The notes: generated by a model from the sequence alone, not told the origin. Shown: positions 10,968-21,908, numbered from the stretch's first letter. The stretch is DNA of 64,000 nucleotides from Candidatus Methanoperedenaceae archaeon (GCA_963753595.1 CAVWCX010000027.1:42157-106156); one strand, 5' to 3'. Program-made: numbers and translations.

Positions 10968-11360
10968 ATGAGTTCAGTTAAAAGCTCTGAAAAGACACAA
11001 GACAAGTTAAAAAAAATTGAAATGGGTTTGAAATGTATCAGGGACCTGGATCTTCTTGATGACTTTTATGATAAGACCTGGAAAGAGGGGACGGAGAAGT
11101 TCTTAGATAAATATGAAGATAAGAAATCATTTTATGATATGCCCCTGGAAGAAACCGATAATGTCATAGAGAAGGTAACTGAATGGTTCGGGGATGATTA
11201 CGGGCTGGCTGTTATCGATGGGGAATTCTGGATGGTTGCTGTGGGCAGCGTAGAAGAAGGCGGCAATAAGTGGTGGTTCAAAATGAGACTCAAAACGGAT
11301 GATATAGAGACTGCCAGAAAAGTAATTTTGCTGGATAAGTGCCATCCGAGGAGATATTGA
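10968..11360 (+). CDS. Hypothetical protein
   Basis: 130-aa ORF with GGGGTGA RBS, 12 bp before the HtrA gene. Confidence 0.7.
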   Translation: MSSVKSSEKTQDKLKKIEMGLKCIRDLDLLDDFYDKTWKEGTEKFLDKYEDKKSFYDMPLEETDNVIEKVTEWFGDDYGLAVIDGEFWMVAVGSVEEGGNKWWFKMRLKTDDIETARKVILLDKCHPRRY

Positions 11361-11372
11361 AGGGTATTAAGT

Positions 11373-12329
11373 ATGACAAGTTTTGATGAAATGGTTACCG
11401 GTGCTGTAGAAAAAGTTATACCGAGTGTTGTGAACATAAGTGAAGTGAAGTTAATGAAAGACGCTTATCTGCATGTACATCCGGTTCCGGGTGTTGGTTC
11501 GGGTTTTATAATAAATAAGGATGGCTTTATACTCACCAATGCCCACGTGGTACTGGGTTCACATGAGATAAAAGTGGCACTGGAAGACGGAAGGATATTC
11601 CCGGGTGAAATAAGAGGCCTGGACACAATGAAGGATCTTGCAGTGATCAAGATCGAAGCCAGCAATCTGCCTGTTCCGGGCATCGCAAAAGATAACGACC
11701 TGAAAATCGGACAGATGGCAATAGCAATAGGCAGTCCTCTTGGCCTCGTCGGTGGTCCCACAGTCACAGCAGGTGTTGTAAGCGCTGTGAACCGGTCAAT
11801 CCAGACAGAGGCAACTTTCATGGAAGGATTGATACAGACAGATGCTGCTATTAATCCGGGCAACAGCGGAGGTCCGCTGATAAACAGTAAAGGTGCGGTG
11901 ATCGGAGTGAACAGCGCCGTCATTCCCTTTGCGCAGGGTATTGGTTTCGCCATACCGATACAGCCTGCTGTAGAAATCGCAGAGCAGTTAATAAAACACG
12001 GCGAAATCGTGAGACCATGGATCAGTTTCAATGCCATAGATGTCAATCCCAAACTGGTTGCATATTATGACCTGCCCACTACTAAGGGAGTAGTCATTAC
12101 TGATGTGGTAAAACGAAGCGAAGCTGATAAATCAGGTATAGAGATAGCAGATATCTTGATCCGGATGGATGAAACAGAAATAAATAATGTTAGAGACCTG
12201 ATCAAAGTTCTCAATAAACATAAAGTGGGTGACAAAGTAACTATGGAATTCTTCAGGGGACACGAGAAAGTAAAGCTCAAGACAGTCCTTGAAAAGGCGC
12301 CGTCCATGAAGCGCCCACCTGCGACCTGA
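11373..12329 (+). CDS. HtrA/DegP-family serine protease with PDZ domain, no signal peptide
   Basis: GSGFII, LTNAHV, DLAVIK, QTDAAINPGNSGGPL. Confidence 0.95.
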   Translation: MTSFDEMVTGAVEKVIPSVVNISEVKLMKDAYLHVHPVPGVGSGFIINKDGFILTNAHVVLGSHEIKVALEDGRIFPGEIRGLDTMKDLAVIKIEASNLPVPGIAKDNDLKIGQMAIAIGSPLGLVGGPTVTAGVVSAVNRSIQTEATFMEGLIQTDAAINPGNSGGPLINSKGAVIGVNSAVIPFAQGIGFAIPIQPAVEIAEQLIKHGEIVRPWISFNAIDVNPKLVAYYDLPTTKGVVITDVVKRSEADKSGIEIADILIRMDETEINNVRDLIKVLNKHKVGDKVTMEFFRGHEKVKLKTVLEKAPSMKRPPAT

Positions 12330-12358
12330 TAAATCTTCATGCAGCCCTGTTCGATAAA

Positions 12359-14390
12359 CTAGACGCTGCTCGCAGATTGGCTGAGGACTTTCCCGACAGC
12401 ATCGAAAGCCTCTTCAAGCTCAGAGAAATTTGGTATGGACGCATCTCTCAGTACACGCACGCCACTTTTCATACTATCGCCCCAAGTAAGCATCGACGAT
12501 CATTTTTTCAGTATTGAAAATCTATTATCCAGGGGAAAGATGAGCGGTCAGAACAACTGAAGGGACGCAACAACGAATGCGATATCCCAGAAATACTGGT
12601 GATGGATGATCAAATCAAATAGACGAGCATATCTGTCTACCTGGGCATCTCTAACAATATAGATAGGGTTCTCATGACTACACTCCTCTGTAAGGAAGGT
12701 ATAAAGTTCATCAATTAATTCTTTTGTAAGTTCAACGACTTCAATGCCGTACATTTGTGCATAATACGAGGCCAGAACTGCAAAACCTCCCGCATTGGAT
12801 ATGACAATTGCTCTTTTTCCTTTTGGATAATCCTCTGAAGCCAGGAGCTCGCCTATCTGGAATGCCTCTCTCAGGGAATGAGCAGAAATGACATCAACCT
12901 GCCTGAATGCGGCTATGTAAACCTCATAACTTACTGCAAGAGAACCAGTGTGGGATGATGCAGCCTTTTGTACTCTCTTAGACGAACCTGATTTTATCGC
13001 TATAATATGTTTTTTCTTTGATATTTCCTTAACGACTTTCATGAATTCTCTGCCATTCCTTATCTCTTCAATGTAGAGAATTATGGTACTGGTATCATCA
13101 TCCTCTCCGGCAAATTTCAGGAATTCATCAAAGCCCAGATCTGCCTGGTTGCCCACACTTATGACAGCTGAAAGCTCCCTATCTTCCTGAAGGCTCCAGT
13201 CAACTACCGTGGTGATAATAGCGCCACTTTGCGAAATGAATGCAAGATGTCCGGGCTTTGGGGATACCGGATCAAATGTAGCATTTATCTCTTTATGCGG
13301 AAGAATGATCCCCAGGCAGTTCGGACTAACCATCCTGATGCCATATTTTTCTGCAATCTGTAAAACCTTATTTTCAAGAATTCGTCCCTCCTCGCTGATT
13401 TCCCTGAAGCCTGCGGAAATGACAATCGCCAGTTTTACACCCTTGGTACCTGCTTCTTCCAGAACTTCAGACACTATTGCAGCACAAACTGTTATGATCA
13501 CGGCATCAACCTGGCGGAACCGCTGCCAGGGATGGAAATATTTCATGCCTGAGTGTTTCTTTTCCTTTTGGATTCACGGCATATAATTTGCCTGGAAAGT
13601 CCAGCAAATTCCTGAAAACAGCGTAGCCGATCTTATTTGGATCAGGAGAGGCCCCGATAACTGCGATAGATCCAGGATAAAAAATCTGTGCAAGGATTTC
13701 CTTTTCAACTTTTTCCTGGATTTTTATATTTTCATCACTTTCATAAATTTTTGCATCGACTGCACATGCCCCATTTTCGTATAATATCAATGGGTTAATA
13801 TCAAATTCAACCAGTTTTTGACTCTCATAAAAAAGTTTGGATATTTTGCCATATTATCTCAACTAGAGCTTTTTCATCCAAAGGTGGCTCATCGCTGTAA
13901 CCTTGATCGGGCTGTAAGCATTTATTTCCCGTATCATCTTTTGTATTTCTTCTTTTTCTATCGGAAGCACCTTTATTGAAACATCCTTTAAAAGTTCAAC
14001 AAGTTTTCCTCGCAGCCCAAAAGTAGTGACTTTCCCAAATGTGGGGTCGGTTTTCCCGCCGATTATCAATTCTAATCCCGAAGGCATCTGCTTTTCGATG
14101 ATTATACCTTTTATTTCCGCATTGGGAACCTTTTCCTTCACGCTCTGCATTATCTTTTCAAAAGAATTCTTAGCCTCCTCCTTATTTTTTACTCCGATTA
14201 CTACTCCACCCGCGTCACTTTTATGAATGACCTGCGGAGAAACAATTTTCATTGCGACTGGGTAGCCAATTTCTTCTGCGGCCTCTACAGCTTCATCAGT
14301 ATTCTTTGTAATTTTGTGTTACGGAACAGGGATCTCATATTTTTTGAGTAAATCATATCCTTCAGCCTCGCTTAACATCCTTTTTTCCAT
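12359..14390 (-). pseudogene. acd: ADP-forming acetate-CoA ligase (fused beta-alpha), multiply disrupted
   Basis: Fragments MLSEAEG, GYPVAMKIVSPQVIHKSDAGGV, DINPLIL, SIAVIGAS, PNCLG, SQSGA, ASSHTGSLA, NAGG spread over several frames. Confidence 0.88.
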
Positions 14391-14413
14391 AATTCACCTT
14401 CCAGGATGTGCTT

Positions 14414-14536
14414 TTATCCACCTGGCAATGCCGCCGGCGTCACCTGCGAAGAAGGCGCGTTCATACAACCTGAAATGGATAACGAGATAAAAATGGCTAT
14501 AAATATAATTTTGTATGATCTTTTGATATTTCTCAT
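14414..14536 (-). pseudogene. Short lipoprotein-like ORF (signal peptide with lipobox), probably a truncated remnant
   Basis: MRNIKRSYKIIFIAIFISLSISGC-MNAPSSQVTPAALPGG* with a GGAGGT RBS. Confidence 0.55.
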
Positions 14537-14607
14537 ACTAACCTCCATATGATAATTAATTTCAAGTTCTATTTAAAACCATCTGTCTATCCAGGACCAT
14601 GTTCATA

Positions 14608-15717
14608 TTATTCCAATAATTGTATCGCGCGCATGAGATCAGTCCTTGAGACTATACCTGAAATTTTCTCGCCTTTTTTAACTATGATACGGCCAATGTT
14701 ATTCACTGTCATAAGTCTAAATGCGTTTACTGCATCATCATCTTCCTGAAGGCTTATGATATTTTTATTCATTACCTGCGACACTTTAATGACTTTCCTT
14801 TCATCTTTGGGGACTTTTTGTGCATCCGCAAATGTCACCACGCCCTTCAACTGCCCATTATCTACAACCGGATACCCCATATGTTTGAACCTGAATATAT
14901 ATTCCACAAGCTCTTCAACAGACATTCCAGAAGTTACGGTCTGAACTTCTTTTGACATAATGTCTTTTATTTTAACACCCTCAAGAATCAAATTTATCTC
15001 TGTGGATTTTTCTTCTTCGGAAGCACCTATGTAAATAAAGAATGCGATCAGCATAAACCAGATGTTGTAGAATAATCCGAAAATCCCCATAAAGATGGCA
15101 AACATCTTTCCTATACCTGCTGCTTCCCGTGTGGCTTTGATATAAGACATCCGTTCTGCAAGCCATGCCCTGAGCACCCTGCCCCCATCCATGGGAAATG
15201 CAGGAAGGAGGTTAAAGATGCCAAGTACGATATTTAATACTGCTAGCATCCAGACAAGACGAAGATATGGATCGTTTATCGGGCTTAAGAATAAATAATC
15301 TCCAAAAGATTCACCGGCGGGTTTGAAAAACGAGTATATTATTATTAATATTAAACCGATCAAAAAACTGACACCTGGCCCTGCCATAGCCATTTTCAAT
15401 TCAGTCCTGGGATCTCTTGGGATCTCATCCAGGGACGAGACGCCTCCAAAAAGGAAAAGTGTTATATTCTTGATGTTGGTTCCGTGTTTTTTAGCTATAT
15501 ATGAATGTCCCAGCTCATGCAATACTACGCAAATAAAAAGTGAAACTGCTGCAGCGAACGAAAGAACATACTGAAGTGGGAAAACCTGGTCGCTAAAACC
15601 CAACCTTGGAGGTGTGAGTGCAAAACTCCATGCAAAGAACGGCAAAATCAGAAGAAACGTTATGTGCACTTTGATCGGTATACCCATTATTTTCCCTATT
15701 TGAAACGAAGTTTTCAT
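14608..15717 (-). CDS. Site-2 (M50) zinc metalloprotease with CBS pair
   Basis: HELGH, NLLPAFPMDGGR, two C-terminal CBS domains. Confidence 0.95.
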   Translation of the reverse strand: MKTSFQIGKIMGIPIKVHITFLLILPFFAWSFALTPPRLGFSDQVFPLQYVLSFAAAVSLFICVVLHELGHSYIAKKHGTNIKNITLFLFGGVSSLDEIPRDPRTELKMAMAGPGVSFLIGLILIIIYSFFKPAGESFGDYLFLSPINDPYLRLVWMLAVLNIVLGIFNLLPAFPMDGGRVLRAWLAERMSYIKATREAAGIGKMFAIFMGIFGLFYNIWFMLIAFFIYIGASEEEKSTEINLILEGVKIKDIMSKEVQTVTSGMSVEELVEYIFRFKHMGYPVVDNGQLKGVVTFADAQKVPKDERKVIKVSQVMNKNIISLQEDDDAVNAFRLMTVNNIGRIIVKKGEKISGIVSRTDLMRAIQLLE

Positions 15718-15775
15718 GAGATTCCTCCACAGGTTTTAAGCGAATACGATAGATCGTTAATCTTTAACATTCCAA

Positions 15776-17167
15776 CTATTTCGCTTCATTTATTTTCTTT
15801 TTAAGGTCATTTGCAGCAATCAAAATCGGATCCCATACAGGTGCAAATGGGGGCGCATAACTCAAATCAAGGTCCCCCATATCTTCCACAGTCATTTTAG
15901 CTGCAATAGCCGTTGCAAAAACATCTATTCTCTTTGAAATACCCTCCCTGCCGACCATTTCGGCTCCGAGAATCCGGCCAGTGTTCATTTGGGCAATTAG
16001 CTTGACCCATATCTTACTGCCATCAGGATAATAATGAGCTCTCGAATTCTGCTCAACCACATTGGATATAAAATTGAAACCTTCTCTTTGCGCTTCTATT
16101 CCGGAAAGACCCGTCCTTGCAACTTCGAGGTCAAAGACCTTTAAGACGGCAGTTCCAACGATCCCTTTGAACGAAGCATTCCCACCTGCCATATTTTCTC
16201 CTGCTACTTTCCCCTGCTTGTTCGCAGTGGTTCCAAGGGGAATATAAACCTGTCTTTCAAGGACTTGATGATAAGCCATTGCACAATCCCCGGCTGAATA
16301 GATGCCGGGAACATTCGTCTCCATCCGTTGATTGACTTTGATCGCTCCTGTGTGTTCGTCTGTTTCGATCCCTGCCTCCTTTGCAATCTCGGAATTTGGC
16401 CTCGTACCAATGCTGACAATTACAATATCAACATTGATCGACTCACCGTTGTCTAAAATCGCTTCACTGACATAACCATTTTTACTGGTGAATTCCTTCA
16501 CCGATGCGGATTTAAGGAGCTTGACTCTGTTTCTTCCAAGTCCTTCCTCTACTATTTTGGTAATTTCCTCATCCATAGTTCCCAAAATATTCGGCTCTCT
16601 TTCAGCTATTGTGATATCCATCCCTGTCATTGCAAGTGCTTCTGCCATCTCCATCCCGATATGGCCGGCACCAATGATAAGAGCTCTTTTGGGAGCATTT
16701 TTCCGGATAAATTCTTTTGTTTCGATCCCATCTTGAAGTGTCTTTATAGTGAAAATCCCTTTGATCTCAATTCCTTTGATCTGTGGCACAAAGGCCCTTG
16801 CACCTGTTGTGATCACGAGCATATCATATTGATATTCGTTCTGTGCTCCAGTATTTCGGTTTTTAACAAGTACAGATCGTTTTGCCGGGTATATTTCAAC
16901 TACTTCATGATAGAGAAATACATCGATGTTTCTTTCTTCTTTAAAGAATTTTGAATCATGGGCAACAAGATCTTCCGGAGATTTAATTAAATCCGATATT
17001 AGGTACGGCAAGCCACAGGCACCATAGGAAATATAACCACTTTTTTCAAATACAAGTATCTCAATATCAGAACTCAGTTTTCGTGCTTTACTCGCTGCGC
17101 TCATCCCGGCAGCAACGCCGCCAATTACCACAATGCGCTTACCGGATTTTAGTGATTCGAAGGACAT
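15776..17167 (-). CDS. CoA-disulfide reductase / NADH oxidase family
   Basis: GGVAAGMSAA, SYGACGLPY, IGAGHIG, AGDC, LSYAPPF. Confidence 0.9.
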   Translation of the reverse strand: MSFESLKSGKRIVVIGGVAAGMSAASKARKLSSDIEILVFEKSGYISYGACGLPYLISDLIKSPEDLVAHDSKFFKEERNIDVFLYHEVVEIYPAKRSVLVKNRNTGAQNEYQYDMLVITTGARAFVPQIKGIEIKGIFTIKTLQDGIETKEFIRKNAPKRALIIGAGHIGMEMAEALAMTGMDITIAEREPNILGTMDEEITKIVEEGLGRNRVKLLKSASVKEFTSKNGYVSEAILDNGESINVDIVIVSIGTRPNSEIAKEAGIETDEHTGAIKVNQRMETNVPGIYSAGDCAMAYHQVLERQVYIPLGTTANKQGKVAGENMAGGNASFKGIVGTAVLKVFDLEVARTGLSGIEAQREGFNFISNVVEQNSRAHYYPDGSKIWVKLIAQMNTGRILGAEMVGREGISKRIDVFATAIAAKMTVEDMGDLDLSYAPPFAPVWDPILIAANDLKKKINEAK

Positions 17168-17253
17168 TCTTATCTCCCTTGCTTCTGCTTAAGTTTTGCA
17201 GCATAAATATTTTTCTATCATCCTGAAATACGAAATTCATAGTCAAGAACCTT

Positions 17254-17292
17254 AAAAAAGCAGCGAACTAATACAAACTGAAACGAACTCCC
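17254..17292. repeat. Partial inverted copy of the ACGAACT/AGTTCGT element
   Basis: AAAAAAGCAGCGAACTAATACAAACTGAAACGAACTCC matches the reverse complement of 46967-47004; lies just downstream of tRNA-Leu. Confidence 0.7.
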
Positions 17293-17356
17293 GATGCATC
17301 TTTAAGTATTCACCCGGACCGATCCAATTCTATCAGTATCATTATGAAAATCAGTA

Positions 17357-17439
17357 TGCGGGGAATGGGATTTGAACCCACGAACTCCTGCGAGACAGGA
17401 TCTTAAGTCCTGCACCTTTGGCCGCTTGGTTATCCCCGC
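17357..17439 (-). tRNA. tRNA-Leu(TAA)
   Basis: GCGGGGA acceptor stem, anticodon loop CT-TAA-GA, long variable arm, GGTTCAAATCC T-arm. Confidence 0.96.
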
Positions 17440-17530
17440 ACAAGGGAAGTGACGTTAAATATCCCTTGGGTTACTTTAAACTAACGCCTGATTCGGCATA
17501 ATTATGTATAATCCCTTTCTATTATTGTCC

Positions 17531-18529
17531 ATGTCCTTTGTCACCTTCTCGCGAAATGTATTCATTCCTCTCACCAATGTCTGCAGGAACAAATGCGGAT
17601 ACTGCGGATTCAGGCGCGAAATAGGGCATCCTGAAGCAAAACTTCTTTCACCAGGCGAGATAAAGGATATTCTTTTAAAAGGCGCGCGCGCCGGGTGCTC
17701 TGAGGCGCTTTTCACATTTGGTGAGCGTCCTGGGGAAGTTCCCGGGTTCAGGGAATGGCTCCGGGATCTTGGCTATGGGAATATTATCGATTATCTTCTC
17801 GACATGTGCAAACTTTCTATCAGACTTGGCCTTTTACCTCACAGCAATCCCGGGATACTTGAAAAGCCGGAATTTGAAAAATTAAAACCATATAATGCCA
17901 GCATGGGACTGATGCTTGAGACCCTTGCCGATATCAAAGGGCATGAGGGATGTGCCGGAAAGAACCCCGTATCCCGGATAAAGACCATTGAATATGCAGG
18001 AGAACTCAAAATCCCGTTCACTACCGGGATTCTCGTGGGGATAGGTGAAACATGGGACGAAAGGGTGCGCTCGATCAGTAAAATAAAAGAATTGCATGAA
18101 GAATTCGGACATATCCAGGAAGTCATAATCCAGAATTTCATCCCAAAACCAGGGACTAAAATGTCTTCATGTGCCTCTGTGGGATTAGATGAGATGATAC
18201 GGACGGTAAAGATGGCACGTGAGCTACTCCCTTCGGACATAACCATACAGGTGCCGCCCAATCTTATTCCACCGCGGGAATTAGTGAAATGCGGCGCAAG
18301 CGATCTTGGGGGCATATCTCCTGAAACCATTGATTTTATTAATCCTGAGGCGCCCTGGCCAAATTATCTTGAATTACAGGCAATGGTGGACGTTCCCCTT
18401 CGCGAACGCCTGCCCATATATCCCCGATATATAAGAAAAGGATGGTACAGCGACAAGATCAAAGATATATTGAGCAGTCTTTCTGACGCAGAAGGATTTA
18501 GGAAAACTTATAAGCAAGTATCTCCTTAA
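17531..18529 (+). CDS. cofG: FO synthase subunit 1 (radical SAM)
   Basis: VTFSRNVFIPLTNVCRNKCGYC, LPHSNPG, SMGLMLE, PFTTGILVGIGE, DLGGISP..NPEAPWP. Confidence 0.95.
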   Translation: MSFVTFSRNVFIPLTNVCRNKCGYCGFRREIGHPEAKLLSPGEIKDILLKGARAGCSEALFTFGERPGEVPGFREWLRDLGYGNIIDYLLDMCKLSIRLGLLPHSNPGILEKPEFEKLKPYNASMGLMLETLADIKGHEGCAGKNPVSRIKTIEYAGELKIPFTTGILVGIGETWDERVRSISKIKELHEEFGHIQEVIIQNFIPKPGTKMSSCASVGLDEMIRTVKMARELLPSDITIQVPPNLIPPRELVKCGASDLGGISPETIDFINPEAPWPNYLELQAMVDVPLRERLPIYPRYIRKGWYSDKIKDILSSLSDAEGFRKTYKQVSP

Positions 18530-18544
18530 ATCTGCAAAATTCTG

Positions 18545-19645
18545 GTGGTTAATATTCAAAAATTGCAGACCAAACAGGAATTACGAAACATTATTAATGA
18601 CAGAACAGAACGCATCGAGGCAGGGAACTGTACTGTTGATGATGCATTTGCGCTTTTAAATAATCCGGATATTTTATTTTCTCTTGCTGACAGGCTCCGG
18701 AAAAAAGCCGTAGGGGACAAAGTTACATACGTCATTAACAGGAACATAAATTTTACGAACATGTGCGTCGGTACATGCAAATTCTGCGCATTCAAGAAAG
18801 AGAAAGGCTATATTATGTCGATCCCTGAAATTCTTGAAAAAACAAGAGCGGCTGCAAAAATAAATGCAACCGAGGTATGTATCCAGGGAGGACTTCTTCC
18901 TGACTGGGATGTTTTTAATTACTGCGACATACTTGAAAATATCAAGAATGAATTCCCTGATATGCATATCCATGCTTTTTCTCCAATGGAAGTATATCAT
19001 GCTTCGCAAAACAGCAATATGAGTTATAAGGAAACACTCTCACATTTGAAAAGTTCAGGTCTTGGCTCTATGCCGGGAACAGCCGCTGAAATACTTGTTG
19101 ACCGTGTAAGAGAAGAGATCTGCCCTGATAAACTTACAACTCATGAATGGATAGATGTAATAAAGACCGCTCATAATTCAGGGATACCCACCACTGCAAC
19201 AATTATGTATGGGCATATTGAGACAATGCAGGAACGGATCGAACATATAATGTTAATAAAAGATATCCAGAAAAAAACAAGCGGATTCACTGAATTTGTG
19301 CCGCTTCCTTTTATGTCTTCCAATAATATCCTTGGAATTGGAAAAAGCGTTTCCCACGGAATTGAAGATTTGAAATTACATGCTCTTGCCAGGGTAATTC
19401 TTTATCCGTATGTCAGGAATATCCAGGTAAGCTGGGTGAAACTTGGCAGGGAACTTGCACAGAAAGCCCTGACATGCGGAGCGAACGACCTTGGGGGGAC
19501 ATTGATGGAAGAAAAGATATCAAAGAGCGCAGGGTCAATAAGTGGTGAATATATGGCGCCTTTTGAGTTTGAGGGATTGATACGACAAATGAACCGGCTC
19601 CCGCAACAGAGGGATACTCTTTACAAACCGGTCAGTGTTGCATAA
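18545..19645 (+). CDS. cofH: FO synthase subunit 2 (radical SAM)
   Basis: VTYVINRNINFTNMCVGTCKFC, SMPGTAAEIL, NIQVSWVKLG, GANDLGGTLMEE. Confidence 0.95.
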   Translation: MVNIQKLQTKQELRNIINDRTERIEAGNCTVDDAFALLNNPDILFSLADRLRKKAVGDKVTYVINRNINFTNMCVGTCKFCAFKKEKGYIMSIPEILEKTRAAAKINATEVCIQGGLLPDWDVFNYCDILENIKNEFPDMHIHAFSPMEVYHASQNSNMSYKETLSHLKSSGLGSMPGTAAEILVDRVREEICPDKLTTHEWIDVIKTAHNSGIPTTATIMYGHIETMQERIEHIMLIKDIQKKTSGFTEFVPLPFMSSNNILGIGKSVSHGIEDLKLHALARVILYPYVRNIQVSWVKLGRELAQKALTCGANDLGGTLMEEKISKSAGSISGEYMAPFEFEGLIRQMNRLPQQRDTLYKPVSVA

Positions 19646-19889
19646 AGATTTTTTAACATAATACATTTTTTATAAAAGTTTAGGGTATAATATTAAACCG
19701 GGTTTTTTCGCCCAAACTTAAATCTCATGTATATAATTATGATGATTTTATACATGTAAAGATGAGTCTTCCCTTAGTGAGTCTAATTTTTTTTCGCATC
19801 TATTAATTATAAATACTTTTCTTATATACAATATATTAAAACGGAAGATTTATATTTAATGAATACATTTAAAGCCTTGGTGAAATATT

Positions 19890-20264
19890 ATGAAAAGTCT
19901 TTCAGTTAATGTTCTTGACAAAGCGGATGAAGAATTTGCCGATACACTTATTGAGCTGGGATTAAAACGAAATGTTGCAAAAGTACTTACTTATTTAAAA
20001 AACGTTAAAGATGTAACTTCCAGGGATCTTGAAATGGGCTCCGATCTAAGACAACCTGAGGTCAGCATTGCGATGCGGGAACTTGAGGAACTGGGCTGGA
20101 TAGCAGAAAGAGAGGAGAAAAAACCCGGAAAAGGCAGACCATATAAGATCTATCAGCTAAAAACACATATTGAATCCATAATTGAACATCTTGAAACACA
20201 GAAGAAAAAAGAATCACAGGCCATGATGGCAAGCATAAAGCGCTTAAAAGAACTGACCAAATAA
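19890..20264 (+). CDS. Winged-helix transcriptional regulator (methanogen COG4738-like)
   Basis: LRQPEVSIAMREL..GKGRPYKIY. Confidence 0.85.
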   Translation: MKSLSVNVLDKADEEFADTLIELGLKRNVAKVLTYLKNVKDVTSRDLEMGSDLRQPEVSIAMRELEELGWIAEREEKKPGKGRPYKIYQLKTHIESIIEHLETQKKKESQAMMASIKRLKELTK

Positions 20265-20269
20265 AAACC

Positions 20270-20308
20270 TCCCCAAAAATGGGGACTTCTTTTCTTTTTT
20301 TTATTTTT
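20270..20308 (+). terminator. Hairpin plus T-tract terminator
   Basis: TCCCCA-AAAA-TGGGGA followed by a long T-rich run right after the stop codon. Confidence 0.6.
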
Positions 20309-20357
20309 AAGTTGAAGGCATAAGAACTATCTTTTGGGTGGATAATCAAGAATATCC

Positions 20358-21440
20358 ATGCATTACCACATAATCCTTACAAAAGAATGCAACCTCAAAT
20401 GCGAATATTGCGGAGGTGGGAGCGATTCATTACCCAAAGAGATCCAGTACTCAATAGATGATCTTAAAAAGTTTATATCCCTTGATAAAAAACCAATACT
20501 TGAATTCTATGGGGGTGAACCTCTCCTTCGCATTGGAACTATGGAACAGATCATGGATTCATTGCCTGCAGGATTTGTTATCCAGACGAACGGTCTTCTC
20601 CTTAATAAACTAAAACCACATTATTTAAAAAAGTTCCATTCGATCCTTGTATCGATCGATGGAACAAAGGATGTGACAGACAGGGCGCGCGGAAATGGAG
20701 TCTATGACCGGATCATGGATAACATAAAGCTCATCCGGCAAATGGGGTATGAAGGAGACCTTGTCGCAAGGATGACTGTGGCGCAGGGCACTGATATTTA
20801 TGAAAATGTCTTGCATCTTCTTACCCGGCCGGAATTTGACCATGTTCACTGGCAGCTGGATTTTGAAATGTTCTGGGAAGCATGGGAGCATACAGTGCCC
20901 GGACTTACTGAGTGGATCATCTCTTATAATTCCGGGATATCTTCACTTATTAAATGGTGGGTGTCCGGGATGGAGCGGACTGGCCAGGTTGCCGGCATCG
21001 TACCATTTATCGGTATAATGAATTCTCTTCTTAATGGTACGGACTCACGCCTCAGGTGCGGCTCAGGGATTGATTTTTTTACAATAATGCCAGACGGCAG
21101 GATTTCTGCCTGTCCGGTTTCAATTGATTTTGATTTTTCGGTAATAGGCTCAATATATAATGATGCTCCGTCGTCCCTCCCGGAGAAATCAAAGGTTGGT
21201 GAACCCTGCACATCATGCGAAATTTTTAAAGTCTGCGGGGGGAGATGCCTTTTTGTGAACCGGTCGCAGGAACTGCTAAGAGAAAATGGATATTCAATGA
21301 TATGCAGCACCGTTCGACACCTGGTAAAGGAATTGCAGGAGGCTTTGCCGCAAATTCAGGAGCTTATTTACGCTGGAGTTATTGAAAGATCGGATTTTGA
21401 TTATCCGGAATTCAATAATGGGTGCGAGATCATACCCTGA
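20358..21440 (+). CDS. Radical SAM/SPASM protein (AF_0577/TIGR04084-like)
   Basis: CNLKCEYC, FYGGEP, HWQLD, RCGSG, CxxC-x5-CxxxC SPASM motif, C-terminal EIIP. Confidence 0.85.
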   Translation: MHYHIILTKECNLKCEYCGGGSDSLPKEIQYSIDDLKKFISLDKKPILEFYGGEPLLRIGTMEQIMDSLPAGFVIQTNGLLLNKLKPHYLKKFHSILVSIDGTKDVTDRARGNGVYDRIMDNIKLIRQMGYEGDLVARMTVAQGTDIYENVLHLLTRPEFDHVHWQLDFEMFWEAWEHTVPGLTEWIISYNSGISSLIKWWVSGMERTGQVAGIVPFIGIMNSLLNGTDSRLRCGSGIDFFTIMPDGRISACPVSIDFDFSVIGSIYNDAPSSLPEKSKVGEPCTSCEIFKVCGGRCLFVNRSQELLRENGYSMICSTVRHLVKELQEALPQIQELIYAGVIERSDFDYPEFNNGCEIIP

Positions 21441-21452
21441 AGAAGCACATAA

Positions 21453-21908
21453 TTACAGAAAAACAGCCGCAGTTAAATACGCCACTGCCAGGTAGCGAAG
21501 GAATTTGCCGGTGAATACAAGTATAGAAAACATCTTGAAATTCAGCCGCAATAATCCGCCAACGACCGTAATTGCATCTCCTATAAAAGGAAGCCATGTA
21601 AATAACAGCACATATAAGCCGTATTTGGCAAATATTTTTTCCGCTTTGTCAAGCTCTCTTGGATCAAATCTCAGGTATTTTTCGACAAGTATTCTTCCCT
21701 TAAAACCGATGTAATAGCTTGTGCATGCCCCAAGAAAGTTACCAACTGATGCTACCAATACCAGTGCAGGTATGTTGAAATTCTTCTGGACAAGATATAC
21801 CAGGATGCCTTCGCTTCCGAATGGAAGAATGGTCGATGCCAGGAAACTTGCCAGGAAAAGACCCTGATACCCATAATTAAGCAGCATACTTTCAAGGGAT
21901 TCAAACAT
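21453..21908 (-). CDS. YqaA/DedA (VTT domain) membrane protein
   Basis: FLASTILPFGSE, GNFLG, WLPFIGD, GKFLRY. Confidence 0.9.
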   Translation of the reverse strand: MFESLESMLLNYGYQGLFLASFLASTILPFGSEGILVYLVQKNFNIPALVLVASVGNFLGACTSYYIGFKGRILVEKYLRFDPRELDKAEKIFAKYGLYVLLFTWLPFIGDAITVVGGLLRLNFKMFSILVFTGKFLRYLAVAYLTAAVFL

